Below the pieces are notes generated by a model. The model did no database searches and was not told where the DNA came from. It worked only from the letters and a program-made list of their open reading frames with translations. A DNA stretch of 63,492 nucleotides, counting the filler, from Globobulimina sp. (Eukaryota), in assembly GCA_003354225.1 (NCBI GenBank). It is 38 parts of 38 records of this genome, joined end to end, with 100 filler letters (N's around TTAATTAATTAA, not from the genome) between each part and the next. Parts side by side here need not be neighbours in the genome. Positions count along the whole stretch, not along the records: positions 60,249 to 61,820 come from PIVH01014671.1; positions 61,921 to 63,492 come from PIVH01014672.1; 36 more parts are not named here. One strand, written 5' to 3'. Each line of letters opens with the position of its first letter. Position 1 is the first letter of the stretch. Shown piece after piece: positions 61,345 to 63,492 of this stretch. The position numbers and the translations under genes are program-made.

Positions 61345-61504
61345 TTAATTGAGTGATGTTACGATCATTTGATGATCGCATTTGGATAATTGAACAGGAT
61401 CGGACTTGTTGACTGCTTCCATGATAAAAGATGTAAAGAAAAAAGAAAAAGTTTTGTTACCTTAAGTTAGTCACTTTATCATGGTCTCATTAGTCTACAC
61501 AAAG
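61345..61504 (+). ncRNA. Box H/ACA snoRNA candidate
   Basis: Hairpin 1 (TTAATT/AATTGA, CGATCAT/ATGATCG). H box ACAGGA at 61394-61399. Hairpin 2 (GTTGACT/AGTCTAC, pocket GCTT/TCTCATT, CCATGATAAA/TTTATCATGG). ACA at 61499-61501, 14 nt after the upper stem. Confidence 0.6.
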
Positions 61505-62230
61505 GATGCGTATAGATGGATTATATGATGTATTTATTGCACTGATGGGTTTGGTACATCTGATGGATCTATATTATGTGTTTTGTTTTGTGTTTTTGTT
61601 ATATTAAAATTTTCAAAAATATCATAATTTCAAAAATATCACGGGAATATTATTTTTTATTATTATTATGTTCTTTTTTTGGGAAAAATATTGTACCCAT
61701 ATTCAGTTGGTATCTTGACTGAAGGGCGCGCCCCCTCGACGTGAAAAACTTTGTTTTTGGAAACACGTTACCCAGTCTCGATATTCAATTTGTTTTACTT
61801 TCTCTGCAATAAACGTGTTTNNNNNNNNNNNNNNNNNNNNNNNNNNNNNNNNNNNNNNNNNNNNTTAATTAATTAANNNNNNNNNNNNNNNNNNNNNNNN
61901 NNNNNNNNNNNNNNNNNNNNATTATATTTAATAAGATAACGACATATATATATATATGTGAAAAAAAATCGGGAAAAAATGTTATAGAAAAACAAAAAGA
62001 AGAAAAAAAAATAATGATAAAAAGTTATAATAATTCAGCATTACACACAATAAATCACACAAACACGTTTGAAACAATTACAAAACGAATTAATTAAACA
62101 AAAAAGTAAATTAAAAGAAAAAAAATAATGAAAATTTAAACAAATCTATAAAAAAATAAAAACAAACAAACACTAAACACACAAACAAGGAAACCAAATT
62201 AAAGAAACAGTCTCCATAAGAAACAATATA

Positions 62231-63492
62231 TTAATAATCTGAAACAGTGTCACAATCCGTATCCATTTTACTTTTCATTGTATCATAATAATAATGTGGA
62301 CACACCCACCATTCCATGTCATTATTCAGCGACGGACAGCTCGTACTGCTGCTCACTGCATCGGCATCAACATCAACATCAACATCAACATCAACAGGTG
62401 CAATGGGCGCAATATGTGCAAACATCGCCGAGGAACTCACACTCTCTTCTCCAGAACTCGACGATTTGTCATTGTAATTCAGCTTTATATCCTCGTCCAC
62501 CACATCGATATCGTCCGCCTCGCTGCCACTGTTCATCAGCATGATATGCGATGAACTCGAAGCATTCGATGGTGACTGCAAAACATCACAATTCAAATCT
62601 GAGTCCACCTCATTCTCACTCGATTTTATATCGATTTTGATGTTGTTTGGTTGCTTTAATATGTTTTTTATACTCTCCAATGCCTTTAATTGTTGATTAT
62701 TAGTACCAAAATACTCAATTACTACATTTAAGGACGGATTGGACTGATATAAAATCTCCTGCATGCACTTGAATTTCATAGTGAAGAAATGCAGCTCATT
62801 CAACACCTCACGCGAACACACATTGAATTTGCTGGAATACATGCTGGAAAATGCAAATTTCCACCACCGTTCGTTGAGTAATAGCGGTCTATATCGATCA
62901 CAGCGGTCGGGATCGTATAACCGCTCCAATTTATGCGACAACTGATGCCAAAATGGAGAGATGTCATTGCAATGAGTGTTGTCCTGAGATTGGATGGCGT
63001 TCTGTAGACTTTTGTGAGTGTTTACATGGTTTAACATATAAAATAATAGACCCTGTTTGTCCTTCCATTGCAAGAGTGTTATGAATTGCGTATCGGATAA
63101 GATATCGGTGAGGTTTGCTATGGGTGGGATAGGGGATGGAGTCGCTGGGCTTTGTGATATCCATTCTTTGTACAATGGCAGAATTAATATGGAATCGGAT
63201 AGGATGTTCGCTGGGATGCAACGCCAACATTGGTAGAAATCGCGCAGTGAGATGAAGACAGTGCGTCGGTTGTCTGATTTGGCTGTTTCTGTGTTGCCGG
63301 CGCCGGTGTTGGAGGTGGTGGTGTTGGAGAGAATAGGCGCTAATTTTAGGGATTTCCTTTTTTTCTCCAACATTTGGGACTTTCTCTTTTTTTGAATTTT
63401 TTGGTATACACTTGGCTTTAACACAGATTCGCGTCTCACGTTTTGTTTTTTCTTTTTTTGGGAGGAAGATCTACGCCGCGATTTTTTGGATG
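62231..63492 (-). CDS. Protein C terminus of unknown function with acidic Ser-rich tail
   Basis: More than 400 aa of open frame to the window end, followed by a T-rich 3' flank. Confidence 0.55.
   Translation of the reverse strand, partial: SKKSRRRSSSQKKKKQNVRRESVLKPSVYQKIQKKRKSQMLEKKRKSLKLAPILSNTTTSNTGAGNTETAKSDNRRTVFISLRDFYQCWRCIPANILSDSILILPLYKEWISQSPATPSPIPPIANLTDILSDTQFITLLQWKDKQGLLFYMLNHVNTHKSLQNAIQSQDNTHCNDISPFWHQLSHKLERLYDPDRCDRYRPLLLNERWWKFAFSSMYSSKFNVCSREVLNELHFFTMKFKCMQEILYQSNPSLNVVIEYFGTNNQQLKALESIKNILKQPNNIKIDIKSSENEVDSDLNCDVLQSPSNASSSSHIMLMNSGSEADDIDVVDEDIKLNYNDKSSSSGEESVSSSAMFAHIAPIAPVDVDVDVDVDADAVSSSTSCPSLNNDMEWWVCPHYYYDTMKSKMDTDCDTVSDY

Noticed and set aside
61511-61572. Box C/D snoRNA or SECIS (ATGATGT ... 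CTGA ... CTGA within TATAGAT/ATCTATA)
   Set aside because: The C box is imperfect, the C-to-D span is only about 39 nt, and there is no convincing guide. The SECIS helix II and apical AA are missing. Worth rescanning only alongside the adjacent H/ACA candidate.

Overview
This window is not one locus. It is 38 unrelated contigs of 1575-1572 bp, ordered by decreasing length and joined by 37 artificial 100-bp spacers (44 N + TTAATTAATTAA + 44 N), so nothing can be inferred from neighbourhood across a spacer, and ORF-track entries running into X are artefacts. Most contigs are AT-rich eukaryotic nuclear DNA with short GT-AG introns (about 50-170 bp) and very tight gene packing. The protein styles suggest a protist, probably a foraminiferan or other rhizarian (inference). 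A few contigs may come from other organisms, and one appears to be a eukaryote-bacterium chimera. Recognisable genes, mostly partial, include Prp43/DHX15, YIF1, GH37 trehalase, an acyl-CoA synthetase, an importin-alpha-like protein, GT8, C2, F-box, CAP-Gly, three EEP-family enzymes, a GH18-like protein, a DUF6606-like protein and two non-LTR retrotransposon pieces. Several MITE/repeat families are also present. The most notable observations come from manual splicing and folding: (1) a candidate small-RNA cluster at 60.2-61.8 kb, with two 64-nt tRNA-like genes lacking a variable loop and a well-formed H/ACA snoRNA candidate lying divergently about 95 bp from one of them; (2) a spliced U-box-SAM-Rab GTPase fusion; (3) a single spliced gene with two tandem riboflavin-binding-protein/folate-receptor domains; (4) a TPP1/Est3-like OB-fold protein; (5) a MITE next to its own empty site. 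All family assignments come from motif recognition by eye, not from database searches.
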